From positions 12,648,001 through 12,712,000 of the forward strand of contig CATNEN010000039.1 of the NCBI GenBank assembly GCA_950097015.1: a stretch of DNA of 64,000 nt, read 5' to 3'. Positions 1-12,319 of this stretch are shown here, one piece after another (position 1 is the stretch's first letter; each line of letters begins with the position of its first letter). The DNA comes from Macrostomum hystrix (Eukaryota; Animalia; Platyhelminthes). The notes under the pieces are model-generated. The model was given only the letters and a program-made list of their open reading frames with translations, ran no database searches and was not told where the DNA came from. The translations under genes were made by a program, and so were the position numbers.

Positions 1-697
1 ACCAACACTGTGGAATCTCTCCAACACTGTGGAATCTCTCCAACACTGTGGAATCTCTCCAACACTGTGGAATCTCTCCAACACTGTGGAATCTCTCCGA
101 TATTGTGGAATCTCTCCAACACTGTGGAATCTCTCCAATACTATGGAATCTCCAATACAGTGGAATCTCTCCAACACTGTGGAATCTCTCCAATACTATG
201 GAATCTCCAATACAGTGGAATCTCTCCAACACTGTGGAATCTCTCCAATACTATGGAATCTCCAATACAGTGGAATCTCTCCAACACTGTGGAATCTCTC
301 CGATATTGTGGAATCTCTCCAACACTGTGGAATCTCTCCGATATTGTGGAATCTCTCCAACACTGTGCAATCTCACCAACACTGTGGAATCTCTCCAATA
401 CTATGGAATCTCCAATACAGTGGAATCTCTCCAACACTGTGGAATCTCTTCAACACTGTGGAATCTCACCAACACTGTGGAATCTCTCCAACAATGTGGA
501 ATCTCTCCAATACGTTGGGATCTCTCCAACACTGTGGAATCTCACCAACACTGTGGAATCTCCAATACAGTGGAATCTCTCCAACACTGTGGAATCTCTC
601 CAACACTGTGGAATCTCACCAACACTGTGGAATCTCTCCGATATTGTGGAATCTCTCCAATACTGTGGAATCTCTCCAATACTGTGGAATCTCTCCA
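1..697. repeat. 19-bp minisatellite (consensus CCAACACTGTGGAATCTCT), truncated by the window start
   Basis: Direct tandem periodicity with 17/19-bp variants. The overlapping ORFs in all frames are repeat artefacts. Confidence 0.95.
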
Positions 698-1431
698 AAA
701 AATGAACAAATAAGGAAGTAATTTTTATAACTTGAATAAAATCGGTTTTATTTTTTCTATTTTAGATTTTAGAACAAGAAATGTTAAAGAGCAGTTAAGC
801 AGGAGTAGCTTAGTCTACTTTACACTTTTTATATCCTGCTTGGGTAAAATAATCTAGATAGTTTCTAAACTAAAAGGAAAGCAATGAAACAAAAGAAGGA
901 AAATGGCAAATAAAATATTTTGGTCTACACAATGAGACAAGTGCTAAGCAATCATCTGCTAGAGAATCAATTAGCAACCAGCTAGGGATAACATGGGATG
1001 GCATGGATAGAAGGCAGGCATTTTGGCACAACACATTTGATTTTCACAGCTTTGGGGCTCAACAAAGGCTGCGAGTCTGGGAAATCTAATGGCTTTGAGT
1101 GTTCTAGCTAAAAGTGCAACAGAATAACAGAAACAGTCAATAGTGTGGGATGCATTCAAACCAGCCGAAATATAATCACCCATTCGCCAGCAGCGAGCAA
1201 GCCAAACACGAGTTTCAACTGGGCATAGAAGCTGACATATGCCCATGAGCTGTTGACAGATCAGCTCATAATAGAAATTTAACATTGCAGCAAACCTCAC
1301 GCAAATGTATCGTAAGTTCACACTGACCAGTAACTTCAATGGTGAGTCTATTGCTGGGGACATGAAAAAGCTTTGGGGGAAATTAAGGAAAAAAATTAAG
1401 AAAACAGAGTCATTAGGACAAACACAAACTG

Positions 1432-1709
1432 ATCATTAGAGAATCGGGCATTGGTCATTAGGGAATCGGGAATTGGTCATTAGGGAATCGGGCATTGGTC
1501 ATTAGGGAATCTGGCATTGGTCATTAGAGAATCGGGCATTGGTCATTAGGGAATCGGGCATTGGTCATTAGGGAATCGGGCATTGGTCATTAGGGAATCG
1601 GGCATTGGTCATTAGGGAATCGGGCATTGGTCATTAGAGAATCGGGCATTGGTCATTAGGGAATCGGGCATTGGTCATTAGGGAATCGGGCATTGGTCAT
1701 TAGGGAATC
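1432..1709. repeat. 22-bp minisatellite (GGGCATTGGTCATTAGGGAATC)
   Basis: About 12 tandem copies, starting ~60 bp downstream of the G6PC stop codon on the gene strand. Confidence 0.95.
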
Positions 1710-1766
1710 AGTAGCAGAATAAAGACAAAACAAGACTAAAAGGGTCCCAGTGGGAGCAAGACGCCA

Positions 1767-2900
1767 CTAGCGCTCTTTCTTGGCGGCCGATCGCCTAGCG
1801 GCCTTGGCGCCAGTGGCGGCTGCAGCGGCTCCGGTGCCGTGCCTAGCAGCGTGCGGTCGAACCGCGTGCTGCCCAGAGCGGTTGGCCAGTCGGCGCGAGT
1901 CCAGCTTGGCGGTGATGACGGGCACCACGATGGTGACCAACAGGGGCATCAGGGCGTACTTCAAGGCCGCAAATAGGTAGGCTTGGAGGTCGGAAGCGCC
2001 GGCGGGCGGCTGGAATCGGCGCTCCAGAAGCACGCAGGCGCAGACAGACAGGAAGCCGGCGAAGCAGCGAGTCATGGCGCGGCTGGGTGCGGGCACAGGT
2101 AGCAGGCTCGCCAAGAAGCTGCAGAATGCTGCGCCGAGCACAGCGCCAATGTCGCGGTGAATGCTAAACAGAGGCGTTGTGTCGATGCTGACCCATTTAG
2201 GGTTGGCGCAGTGTTTTTCGGCCAGCCGTATCGACCAGTCCGGGTCCAGGCCCAGCTGCCTGAGGCCGTGGCTGACTCCCAGGGTGCTGCTGAACATCAG
2301 GAAGGCCAGCAGCAGCAGGGCGAATGGGCGCAGGATTTGGCTGCCCATCTTGACGGCGATGACAGACAGCAGGCAGCCGACGATGACACCGCCAACAGCC
2401 TGATGCGGGAAGTGCGTGGCGATGAAACAGCGCGACACGCCCAGCATGGTGATGCCGGTGAAGTAGGCATAGCGCACAGCCAGCCTGGGTTTGGTTGCCA
2501 TGCTCTGGCTGGCGTACAGCACTGGTATGTACCAGGAGGCGGCAGCAACCATGCAGTGACCGGAGGGCGAACCGGGCCCAGTCTCGCATGTCTGGGGAAA
2601 TTGTGTCAGGGTCAGGTTGGCAGATGCCGAGTTCTCACCGACCCACCAGTAGGGCCGCTGGCCATGCAGGGCCCACTTCAGCAGGCCGTTCAACCATTCG
2701 GCGAATGCGGCCGACCACAGAACGGTGAGGCCCAGATGCGAGTTCAGAGCGTAGCAAAGCGGGAAGGCCAGGACAAATGCGGTAACTGGGTGCCCGAAAT
2801 CTGACAGCCAAAGCAGAGGCTGGGCTAGCGGCATCAGGCCGCTCTGCAGGCCAGCCACAGCGCGAGCGCCGGACAAGTGCAGCGAGTCGAATAGAGAATC
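1767..2900 (-). CDS. G6PC: Glucose-6-phosphatase catalytic subunit (PAP2 superfamily), single coding exon; initiator Met probably supplied by splicing at 2900
   Basis: Phosphatase motifs KWALHGQRP (KX6RP), CETGPGSPSGH and SRCFIATHFPHQ, several hydrophobic TM segments and a C-terminal KKER (KKXX ER-retrieval signal). The ORF-track start at 2978 is a GTG. Family-like sequence begins at DSLFDSLHLSG, directly after TTCCAACAG (AG at 2902-2901). Confidence 0.92.
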   Translation of the reverse strand, partial: DSLFDSLHLSGARAVAGLQSGLMPLAQPLLWLSDFGHPVTAFVLAFPLCYALNSHLGLTVLWSAAFAEWLNGLLKWALHGQRPYWWVGENSASANLTLTQFPQTCETGPGSPSGHCMVAAASWYIPVLYASQSMATKPRLAVRYAYFTGITMLGVSRCFIATHFPHQAVGGVIVGCLLSVIAVKMGSQILRPFALLLLAFLMFSSTLGVSHGLRQLGLDPDWSIRLAEKHCANPKWVSIDTTPLFSIHRDIGAVLGAAFCSFLASLLPVPAPSRAMTRCFAGFLSVCACVLLERRFQPPAGASDLQAYLFAALKYALMPLLVTIVVPVITAKLDSRRLANRSGQHAVRPHAARHGTGAAAAATGAKAARRSAAKKER

Positions 2901-3185
2901 CTGTTGGAACCGGTTCACGGGGTGCCATGCTGTCTCATTGCTGCTTATTAACAATAGAAAGAGGACGCTAGTACCCACTGGCTACTTGACGATGGCACAC
3001 AAACGAAATGACCGATTTTCGTGAAAGTCCACCACATTGATTTATCTGACGTCAGCATCGGCGAGATATTCAGCGATTCTTATTGAAGACCCTGGTGACA
3101 AGGACAACTAGCACTGATCTGTGTAAGCCTCGATGGCGAATTCATATTGCTTCAATAACACAACAATCAACAATAATAGCCGTGA

Positions 3186-3513
3186 GGGGGTCGGTGGCAG
3201 AGCGGTTTAAGTGTTTGCCTCTCCCAACAAGGTCCCTGTGCTCGATTCTGCGGCGAGGCCACATTTTTTGGGGCTTGGGGACTTGTCGTGCAATTTATCC
3301 CTTGAGGGCCAACCTCCAAGGCACAGTGAAGTGTACACTGCCTGACGATAAGAAAGTCAGAGCAGATGTACACACCTGTACATTTTCTGTGTGTGTGTGC
3401 TCAGGAGTCAGCGAAATGGGCAGAATTGCCACCTAGCTGGCTGCGGGTCTAGCGTCACCAAATGATGTGTAATCGACCGCAGCCCTCCTGCAAATACTAT
3501 TATTATTATTATT
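3186..3513 (+). mobile_element. tRNA-derived SINE-like element
   Basis: A-box-like GTGGCAGAGCGG and B-box-like GCTCGATTC in a tRNA-like head, an internal hairpin (~3331-3373) and a (TTA)n tail. Confidence 0.6.
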
Positions 3514-3679
3514 AACAATAACAGCCAAAATTATGCCTATACTAGTGGGTTTTTGCAACGAGACACTCCGAAAAGAATTGTTGAATATATCGGAGATGCC
3601 GATGTTCTGTGACTCTGGATGTTGTATTATCGGATGGAGCGGAAACTTTTAGCAGAATGATGTAGGAAAGAAGGAAAAT

Positions 3680-6131
3680 GGAGCAGCATGAGCATATTGA
3701 TGATGACACACTGGGAGCAGCATGACCATATTGATGATGACACACTGGGAGCAGCATGACCATATAGATGATGACACACTGGGAGCAGCATGAGCATATT
3801 GATGATGACACACTGGGAGCAGCATGACCATATTGATGATGACACACTGGGAGCAGCATGACCATATAGATGATGACACACTGGGAGCAGCATGACCATA
3901 TTGATGATGACACACTGGGAGCAGCATGACCATATAGATGATGACATACTGGGAGCAGCATGACCATATAGATGATGACATACTGGGGACAGCATGACCA
4001 TATAGATGATGACATACTGGGGACAGCATGACCATATAGATGATGACACACTGGGAGCAGCATGACCATATTGATGATGACATACTGGGAGCAGCATGAC
4101 CATATTGATGATGACACACTGGGAGCAGCATGACCATATAGATGATGACACACTGGGAGCAGCATGACCATATAGATGATGACATACTGGGGACAGCATG
4201 ACCATATTGATTATGACACACTGGGAGCAGCATGACCATATAGATGATGACACACTGGGAGCAGCATGACCATATAGATGATGACATACTGGGGACAGCA
4301 TGACCATATTGATTATGACACACTGGGAGCAGCATGACCATATTGATGATGACACACTGGGAGCAGCATGACCATATAGATGATGACACACTGGGAGCAG
4401 CATGACCATATTGATGATGACACACTGGGAGCAGCATGACCATATAGATGATGACATACTGGGAGCAGCATGACCATATAGATGATGACATACTGGGGAC
4501 AGCATGACCATATAGATGATGACATACTGGGGACAGCATGACCATATTGATTATGACACACTGGGAGCAGCATGACCATATTGATGATGACATACTGGGA
4601 GCAGCATGACCATATTGATGATGACACACTGGGAGCAGCATGACCATATAGATGATGACACACTGGGAGCAGCATGACCATATAGATGATGACATACTGG
4701 GGACAGCATGACCATATTGATTATGACACACTGGGAGCAGCATGACCATATAGATGATGACACACTGGGAGCAGCATGACCATATAGATGATGACATACT
4801 GGGGACAGCATGACCATATTGATTATGACACACTGGGAGCAGCATGACCATATTGATGATGACATACTGGGAGCAGCATGACCATATTGATGATGACATA
4901 CTGGGAGCAGCATGACAATATTCATGATGACATACTGGGAGCAGCATGACCATATTGATGATGACACACAGGTGACAGCATGACCATATTGATGATGACA
5001 CACAGGTGACAGCATGACCATATTGATGATGACACACAGGTGACAGCATGACCATATTGATGATGACATACTGGGAGCAGCATGACAATATTCATGATGA
5101 CATACTGGGAGCAGCATGACCATATTGATTATGACACACTGGGAGCAGCATGACCATATTGATGATGACATACTGGGAGCAGCATGACCATATTGATGAT
5201 GACACACTGGGAGCAGCATGACCATATAGATGATGACACACTGGGAGCAGCATGACCATATAGATGATGACATACTGGGGACAGCATGACCATATTGATT
5301 ATGACACACTGGGAGCAGCATGACCATATAGATGATGACACACTGGGAGCAGCATGACCATATAGATGATGACATACTGGGGACAGCATGACCATATTGA
5401 TTATGACACACTGGGAGCAGCATGACCATATTGATGATGACATACTGGGAGCAGCATGACCATATTGATGATGACATACTGGGAGCAGCATGACCATATT
5501 GATGATGACACACAGGTGACAGCATGACCATATTGATGATGACACACAGGTGACAGCATGACCATATTGATGATGACACACAGGTGACAGCATGACCATA
5601 TTGATGATGACATACTGGGAGCAGCATGACCATATTGATGATGACACACAGGTGACAGCATGACCATATTGATGATGACATACTGGGAGCAGCATGACCA
5701 TATTGATTATGACATACTGGGAGCAGCATGACCATATTGATTATGACATACTGGGAGCAGCATGACCATATTGATGATGACATACTGGGAGCAGCATGAC
5801 CATATTGATGATGACACACAGGTGACAGCATGACCATATTGATGATGACACACAGGTGACAGCATGACCATATTGATGATGACACACAGGTGACAGCATG
5901 ACCATATTGATGATGACATACTGGGAGCAGCATGACCATATTGATTATGACATACTGGGAGCAGCATGACCATATTGATGACACACTGGGAGCAGCATGA
6001 CCATATTGATGACACACTGGGAGCAGCATGACCATATTGATTATGACATACTGGGAGCAGCATGACCATATTGATGACACACTGGGAGCAGCATGACCAT
6101 ATTGATGACACACTGGGAGCAGCATGACCAT
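3680..6131. repeat. 34-bp minisatellite (GGGAGCAGCATGACCATATTGATGATGACACACT), ~72 copies
   Basis: Direct tandem periodicity with regional variant blocks (GGGGACAG, AGGTGACAG, 31-bp deletion variants). Confidence 0.97.
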
Positions 6132-6503
6132 AATAATTCCATGACAACGGCACTAATCGTCCTCGAGTCCTTAGTAAAGATTAGGATTAAATTAGTTACA
6201 TGAAAAAAGGTGAAATTCTGAACGCAGTATGAATAAAACTCATGGAGAAAAAAACATTTATTTGCAATGATTAGTATTAAAATTGTGATCTAATGTGTGT
6301 GTTGTCTTAATAAGTGACAAGAAAAGCTAGAAATGGAATAACTGATTAACACAATCCATAATTAGTTCCATGAAAATTGTAGTAAATTTCAACGGTTTTT
6401 TAGGTGCGCATTAAGAAGGTAATATTGAGCTAAAAAAATCAACTTTCTAGTATTTATTAATACGCTAAGCAGTACAGTATTTACAGAAGAAATCGCAGAC
6501 AAC

Positions 6504-6731
6504 TCAAACAGCCACACCCTTGGTGAGAATGATATTAGCATACTGGGCTAGCTCTCCAGTGTGCACCACACAGTAAGCCCGCTCCGCTGCCCTGTAGAAC
6601 TGCTCCCTTGGCAACAGTTCAACACGGCGATTGGCTCCAGTGGCCTGCAGATTAAAGTGTGGATGTACTTTTGCGTACTCGCCCCAGATTGGTGGCCGCG
6701 GATGAAAGCGATCGGCATCGGATGGCTCCAC
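6504..6731 (-). CDS. FUOM: Fucose mutarotase (RbsD/FucU family), exon 2
   Basis: REQFYRAAERAYCVVHTGELAQYANIILTKGV matches the FucU/FUOM C-terminus. Acceptor CTCTCACCCGCAG ends at 6732, phase 0. Confidence 0.92.
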   Translation of the reverse strand: MEPSDADRFHPRPPIWGEYAKVHPHFNLQATGANRRVELLPREQFYRAAERAYCVVHTGELAQYANIILTKGVAV

Positions 6732-6749
6732 CTGCGGGTGAGAGACCAG

Positions 6750-7443
6750 GGATATCCACAGTGAGGGATTGAATGCCAGTTATGGATATCCACAGTGAGG
6801 AATGGAATGCCAGTTATGGATATCCACAGTGAGGGATGGAATGCCAGTGAGGGATGGAATGCCAGTTATGGATATCCACAGTGAGGGATGGAATGCCAGT
6901 TATGGATATCCACAGTGAGGGATGGAATGCCAGTGAGGGATGGAATGCCAGTTATGGATATCCACAGTGAGGGATGGAATGCCAGTTATGGATATCCACG
7001 GTGAGGGATAGAATGCCAGTTATGGATATCCAGTGAGGGATGGAATGCCAGTTATGGATATCCAGAGAGAGATGGAATGCCAGTTATGTATATCCAAAGT
7101 GAGGGATGGAATGCCAGTTATGGATATCCACAGTGATGGATGGAATGCCTGTTATGGATATCCACAGTGAGGGATGGAATGCCAGTGAAGGATTGAATGC
7201 CAGTTATGGAAATCCACAGTGATGGATGGAATGCCAGTTATGGATATCCACAGTGATGGATGGAATGCCTGTTATGGATATCCACAGTGAGGGATGGAAT
7301 GCCAGTGAAGGATTGAATGCCAGTTATGGAAATCCACAGTGATGGATGGAATGCCAGTTATGGATATCCACAGTGAGGGATGGAATGCCAGTGAGGGATG
7401 GAATGCCAGTTATGGATATCCACAGTGAGGGATGGAATGCCAG
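6750..7443. repeat. ~34-bp intronic minisatellite (CAGTGAGGGATGGAATGCCAGTTATGGATATCCA)
   Basis: Tandem units with 18-bp half units, filling most of the FUOM intron (6732-7513). Confidence 0.93.
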
Positions 7444-7513
7444 TCCTGGATTCTGGAGTTCTGAATAGTAAGTGTAACAAAGTTTTCAGGAAAGTGTTTC
7501 ATTCGCAACAAAC

Positions 7514-7756
7514 CTGCATCAGACAGATAGGCCTCTCAATATAAGTATCAATGGGCAGGACAGACATGACGGCCTCAAGTAGCTGGGGCATTTCTACACC
7601 ATCGTAGCGAATGACAGGACAGCCACCGGCACGGCGAGCCACACTGTGGCTGGGAAAATGTGCATCAGCTAATACCAGAGTGTCACCGTGACCCATCTCG
7701 GCTAAGCACTTTAACAGATCTGGCGACAACAAGCTGGGAATGCCGAGCAGAGGCAT
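7514..7756 (-). CDS. FUOM: Fucose mutarotase, exon 1
   Basis: MPLLGIPSLLSPDLLKCLAEMGHGDTLVLADAHFP is the FucU signature. Donor CAG|GTTTGT at 7514/7513 after 81 codons; joined protein is 156 aa. Confidence 0.93.
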
Positions 7757-8059
7757 GCTGAGCTAGTTATTTAGTACAAATTTCTGACTGAAAATTATTA
7801 TTTGCAAAGTATATATCGGCTGCTGAATAATGGCCAACAAAAGTATTTTACAATTGTGCGAATTGGATTGTACAAGTGTCCATTTTTTATAGAAATTATT
7901 GAAAATTAAGAATGGCAAAGACTTTTTGCAAGGATATTTGAGTAGGAGCTACAAGAAAATAATATCTGATCTAACATGTTTAGAGACAGTTAGACTTTTC
8001 ACACAGCTTGGATTTGATGAGCCAAAGTGATGTACCATGTGCTCCATCCACTCCATCAA

Positions 8060-8236
8060 TCCGCAGCCACTGCTCTGGGTTGGCTTTATCTAGGTGAGAT
8101 CATTATCAAGGGCAGAAACAACCATGAGATGATCTCCCATCTAGCGCTAGTTTTCGAAGACAAATTGACAGTTCCTGGGATTCATGTTTTCTCAGAAGGA
8201 ATTGAGGCCGACTCTAACAAGACTAGAGCTGTTTAA
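8060..8236 (+). pseudogene. Degenerate Ty3/Gypsy reverse transcriptase fragment
   Basis: LYLGEIII...HLALVF...GIHVFSEGIEADSNKTRAV resembles Gypsy YLDDIII...HLxxVF...LGHVVSxxGIxPDPxKxxAV, with the catalytic DD lost and an internal deletion. Confidence 0.55.
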
Positions 8237-8759
8237 CAGTTAAGTATGCCTAGGAAAAATAAGCAGCCCTTTTCTTCCCACGCAAAAACTGTTGTCAATA
8301 GCAGTAACTCAGACTCTAGTCAGAACTGGCTGAAATTTGACTCTATTGAAGCTATTCAGGTTCAAGACAAGCACGTAGCACATCTAGCAGTCCAGACTAA
8401 ATTTTTCGGGTCTGAGGTTCCTGAATGTACTCAAGCTATTAAGCACCTAACCATGCCTGTGGCTGCTAAGCCACTAAATGTGTAAAGCAGAACCCCTGCC
8501 ACCAGCCACAGTGCATGTTGTGCGTGTTCAAGTCTCTGATAGAGCCACAGTTGCAGACTGTCTAACAGAAGATTTAGATCCAGATAGTGACAGCAAAGAT
8601 AATGCAGGAGTTAAACAGAAAGAGAATGGGTCCATAGTGCTCATGATTGACTTTGTGTTTCTGAGAGATACTGTAGCTGACAGATACAAATACTGCTAAC
8701 TCTAGCTGATTACCTGAACTAGGTCATGCATGCAATTCATTGCAGGTACAAGAGGTTGT

Positions 8760-9075
8760 AGGCTTGTAGCCTATTGGTTAGGGCGTCGGACTCACGACTT
8801 GAAGGTTGGGGGTTCGATTCCCGACTCCACTGAAACAATTTGTGCCCTTTAGCAAGACACTTAACTCTGCATTGCTTCAGTTCAACCAACTGTTAAATGG
8901 GTACCAGCATTAGCTGGGATAATTGAAGGTGGGTTTGGCGTCCCCCCAGTCCATAGACTGAACAGCTGTACGCAGTTTTCAGTGGCGCCGCGCAATAGCT
9001 GCGGCTGTGCTGTTGGCTGCACATCTGGTCCAATTGGGACAGGTGTAATCAATTATTATTATTATTATTATTATT
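8760..9075 (+). mobile_element. tRNA-derived CORE-like SINE
   Basis: A box TAGCCTATTGG, B box GGTTCGATTCC, CORE-like segment TGTGCCCTTTAGCAAGACACTTAAC...CTGTTAAATGGG and an (ATT)n tail. Confidence 0.8.
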
Positions 9076-10539
9076 GTAGACCATGCCATAAACAGGAAGG
9101 ATTCTGGTATCTGTTTGTATTGATTATTAATTGACAGATTCATCGAGTTGGTAGTATTCCCATAAAACTGCAGCAGCCATCCTGATGGAATAGATAGTTA
9201 GCTATGGTGCCATGGAGCAGTTTTTGTCAATGGCAATGGCATTCATCTATCATTAATTGCATTGTTTCAAAGCTGATGGTCTGTTTGTTAAAGACTGTAC
9301 CCTGCGGAACAAAGATCACTTTTTAATTAATCCCACTAACATAAAACCTAAATTGTTACCAAGATACTAATTCACAAAAAGGTCATTAAAATTGTTATAT
9401 AGTAATCATATAGTTTGACAGATATTACTGAGGGTGAGGCAAACAAGAACTTTACAGCATAATTCTATTCAAAAATTGAAAATTACCACTTTCAACTTGC
9501 TACTGTTTGCTTGAGTACATCAAATAGGGTTTAAAATGTATAATGTGCCCTCTTTATTACTATATATGAATGGTACAATTCCCCAAACTGAAGTCTAATT
9601 ATGATTGTGTAGAAAATAAAGAATAATTATTGTGATGTGAAAAAAAGTGTACATTTGAAAGCCTTTATTATTAAAGTTCCAAGCATTTAACTTATAAAGT
9701 TATAAACTAATTAGTTCCAAAACAAAACAAATACATGTAATTAGTGTTGAGATAACAAAAATTATATAGTAAATAACTAAATGATTATGTCATATATAGA
9801 ATATAGTCCCTCTTCTAATATAGACATATACAACAGTGACCAAATTCAGTCAGTATCTACACAGACCTTAGCAAGTTTAAAATTTGAAGTGTAACCACTT
9901 AAACTCAATTGTACATTATCAAAAACTTAATTGACTGAGCAGACCTGCAGGGTAGCCCTTTTTTAATTTAAATTTAAGAACTTTGTGCTTGCCCTCTAGT
10001 CTAGGTTAGCAACAGAATGAGCAAAATACCAGCTTCATCACAAAAAACTGACCAGCAAACTTCTGTTATACATTGCTACAGGCAAAGCAACAATGCCAGC
10101 AGGCAGCCAAAGCAGCCATCAAACCTGCACATTTAATTAGAGCAGCAGCATTTTAAAGACAAGCCACTGGCTGCCATTCCAGAATCAAGCCTTGTGATCA
10201 TTCCTGATCAGCTACAAGTATTGGCTAGGCGATCTTCCATGCTGCCTTTCCTGTGGCATGTGATGTGACAATTACTTAACTTGAAGCATGTTGACACACC
10301 TGAGGGTGTCTTATCTGCCAAAGGACTTCTGTAACCAGCAAGCAACAAGGCAGAGGGCCTAGCTCAAGCACAGCAGGTTGAGCTCAAACCTGAAACAGAA
10401 ATGGAGCTCAATGCAGAAATAGAGCTCAATGCAGCTCCTGCACAACTGAGCACACTAGATCTTTTCTGTAATATAGATGACACCAAACTCTGTTGTCACA
10501 AAGGGAATGCCCTAATTGGCTACTACCCAAAGCTGCTCA

Positions 10540-10839
10540 AGGAGAAGGCAGCAGTGGACTTTAACAGCTGCTTGCTAAATTTCTACACTTCAGCCTCTGA
10601 CAACATACCATTTTAGGCAGATGGGCCATGATCATGACATTGTGGCTGTCTCCTTCAGTGTAGTCTGCAACTTCATGGTCAAGACTAAAAGAGACTGCAC
10701 CTTGTGGGGATTCCCTACTCTGCCCAGCTCACTGATCATAATGGCAGGGACCTGCCAGTGCAAGCTTTTGTACTCAGTCCCTGCTGTCAACCATCAAGAA
10801 GGGATCAGAATCTTGCTAACCTTCAGATGGACTAAGTAG
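10540..10839 (+). pseudogene. Degenerate AlkB-like 2OG-Fe(II) dioxygenase domain, copy 1
   Basis: FNSCLLNFYTSASDNIPF* / DIVAVSFS...LPSSLIIMAGTCQCKLLYSVPAV...GIRILLTFR follows the ALKBH2/3-type pattern NxYxxxxDxIxxHxD...GSLLIMxGxxQ...HSVP...RIxLTFR, with stops and a frameshift. Confidence 0.75.
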
Positions 10840-11659
10840 GAGGTTGTTGGTTAGCAGCCAAATAAAATACATACAAGCAGCATCAGCCTATCTAGCCCCA
10901 CAAACAAGTGGCGAGATCAAGCAGAATAGCAACAAGGTGGCAGTGGGGCCACTGTGAGACCAGTGAGGCCACTCCTCTGGCCCTCAACCCGGCCTCTTCC
11001 TGTCATTCACTTTTTCTCTGACATTATTTCAGTCTCTCTTGTCAGTGCCATCAGTGTCTAAGTTCCCACTTCAGTCTCTGCGTGTGACTGCTCGCAAGCT
11101 CAGTTCTGGCTAAGCCCCGAAACTAACTTAGCCTTCCCCCCACCACCCAAGCTATGCAGGACTCTGACAGCCTTTAACTGCGACTGAAACTCTGCACGGT
11201 GTGCACTTCTCAAGACTTCGTGACTTTATCTCTTTCGGGCCAAGGATCCTTCACCTCACCGAAGGCAGAAGTCCTGACGCCCTGGTGGCAGCACTACTAC
11301 TACACTACCTAGTATTCTTGGACTTCATATTGGAGTTCGCCGGATCCCGCATTGTTAGCAGGACGACCGGTACAACACAAGCAAGAATACCCACACCAAT
11401 ATTATATGCCAGTGGGGCAGCAGTGGCGGCACAACTTAGGTGGTCACCAGCAGTAATGAAGCAAGTGGTTTTTTAAGCCAACTAGCACAGAGCCTAGAAC
11501 CATATCAGCTTCCTGCCAACCTATCTTCCAACCACACCCTAAGCTATCAAATAGTAGGTCATCAATTATTCTCCCCTGAACTCCACCCAAACTGTAGGGG
11601 TCTTGTTGTGTGGCAGTCTTGGTCTTATACCATCAAATCAGTGTGTTAATGCCAAATGC

Positions 11660-11865
11660 AATGCTGACCTTAGCCTACCTAAATTTAACAGCTGTATTGT
11701 CAACATCTACCATGATTCTAAAAACTTCCTCCCATATCATGCAGATGATGAGCCTGACAGTCTCCTTTGGTACTGTCGGAAACTTTCAACTCAAACTTAA
11801 AGGTTCAAAAAGACTTCTACTATCTCTGCCTACTCTACTGGGATCACTAATAATAATGGCAAGAA
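11660..11865 (+). pseudogene. Degenerate AlkB-like domain, copy 2
   Basis: FNSCIVNIYHDSKNFLPYHADDEPD keeps the HxD motif; a frameshift leads into TVSFGTVGNFQLK...LPTLLGSLIIMA; 3' truncated. Confidence 0.75.
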
Positions 11866-12319
11866 GACAAGACGTAGCACAACAGCTGCAATGGCTGTTG
11901 TGCAATAGCAATGAGAGAAATAGCATCAGTGGTTGAGGTGATGGTGCAGGCGGTGGCAGCAGCATCAGTTGTGGTGGCTATGTCAGCATCTAGAGCATCA
12001 TCAGCTCCTGTTATGGCACCCTCCTACACAAGCATGGCAGCAAGAAATTGGCCAAGAAGACCTCCAGCTCCTATCAAATCAGTGGTCTTTGAGACCTGTC
12101 ATGAAGGAGCCAAAAATCACATCAGCTTCCTGGAATGCCTACGCGATAATTTTGGTGGTCTAGGCAGTCACCATCACCAAGCCTCTGACACACTCATATG
12201 GCTATGTTGTGTTCCCAGCAACTGAAAAGGACCACAATATTTTTTTCACAAACCTCTGAATTCTTTGTGAAATGATTCTGAGATGTCAAGCCCAAACATA
12301 ACCATTTCATGATCGCCGA

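Noticed and set aside
971-1363. 130-aa minus-strand ORF
   Set aside because: No recognisable motif, and its composition differs from the GC-rich coding sequence of the neighbouring genes.
2157-2804. 215-aa plus-strand ORF and other overlapping ORFs
   Set aside because: Antisense or alternate-frame shadows of the GC-rich G6PC coding region.
3331-3373. CTGACGA...GAAA hammerhead-like core in the SINE
   Set aside because: Only 3 nt separate the motifs, so stem II cannot form. CTGAC pairs directly with GTCAG as a plain hairpin.
1-6153. Long repetitive ORFs (up to 526 aa) in minisatellites, also at 47.5-55.3 kb
   Set aside because: They are open in several frames and cycle through the same peptides because the repeat units lack stop codons; not credible proteins.
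8760-8832. Functional tRNA gene
   Set aside because: The acceptor stem is imperfect and the sequence runs into a CORE-like body and (ATT)n tail, so it is a SINE head.
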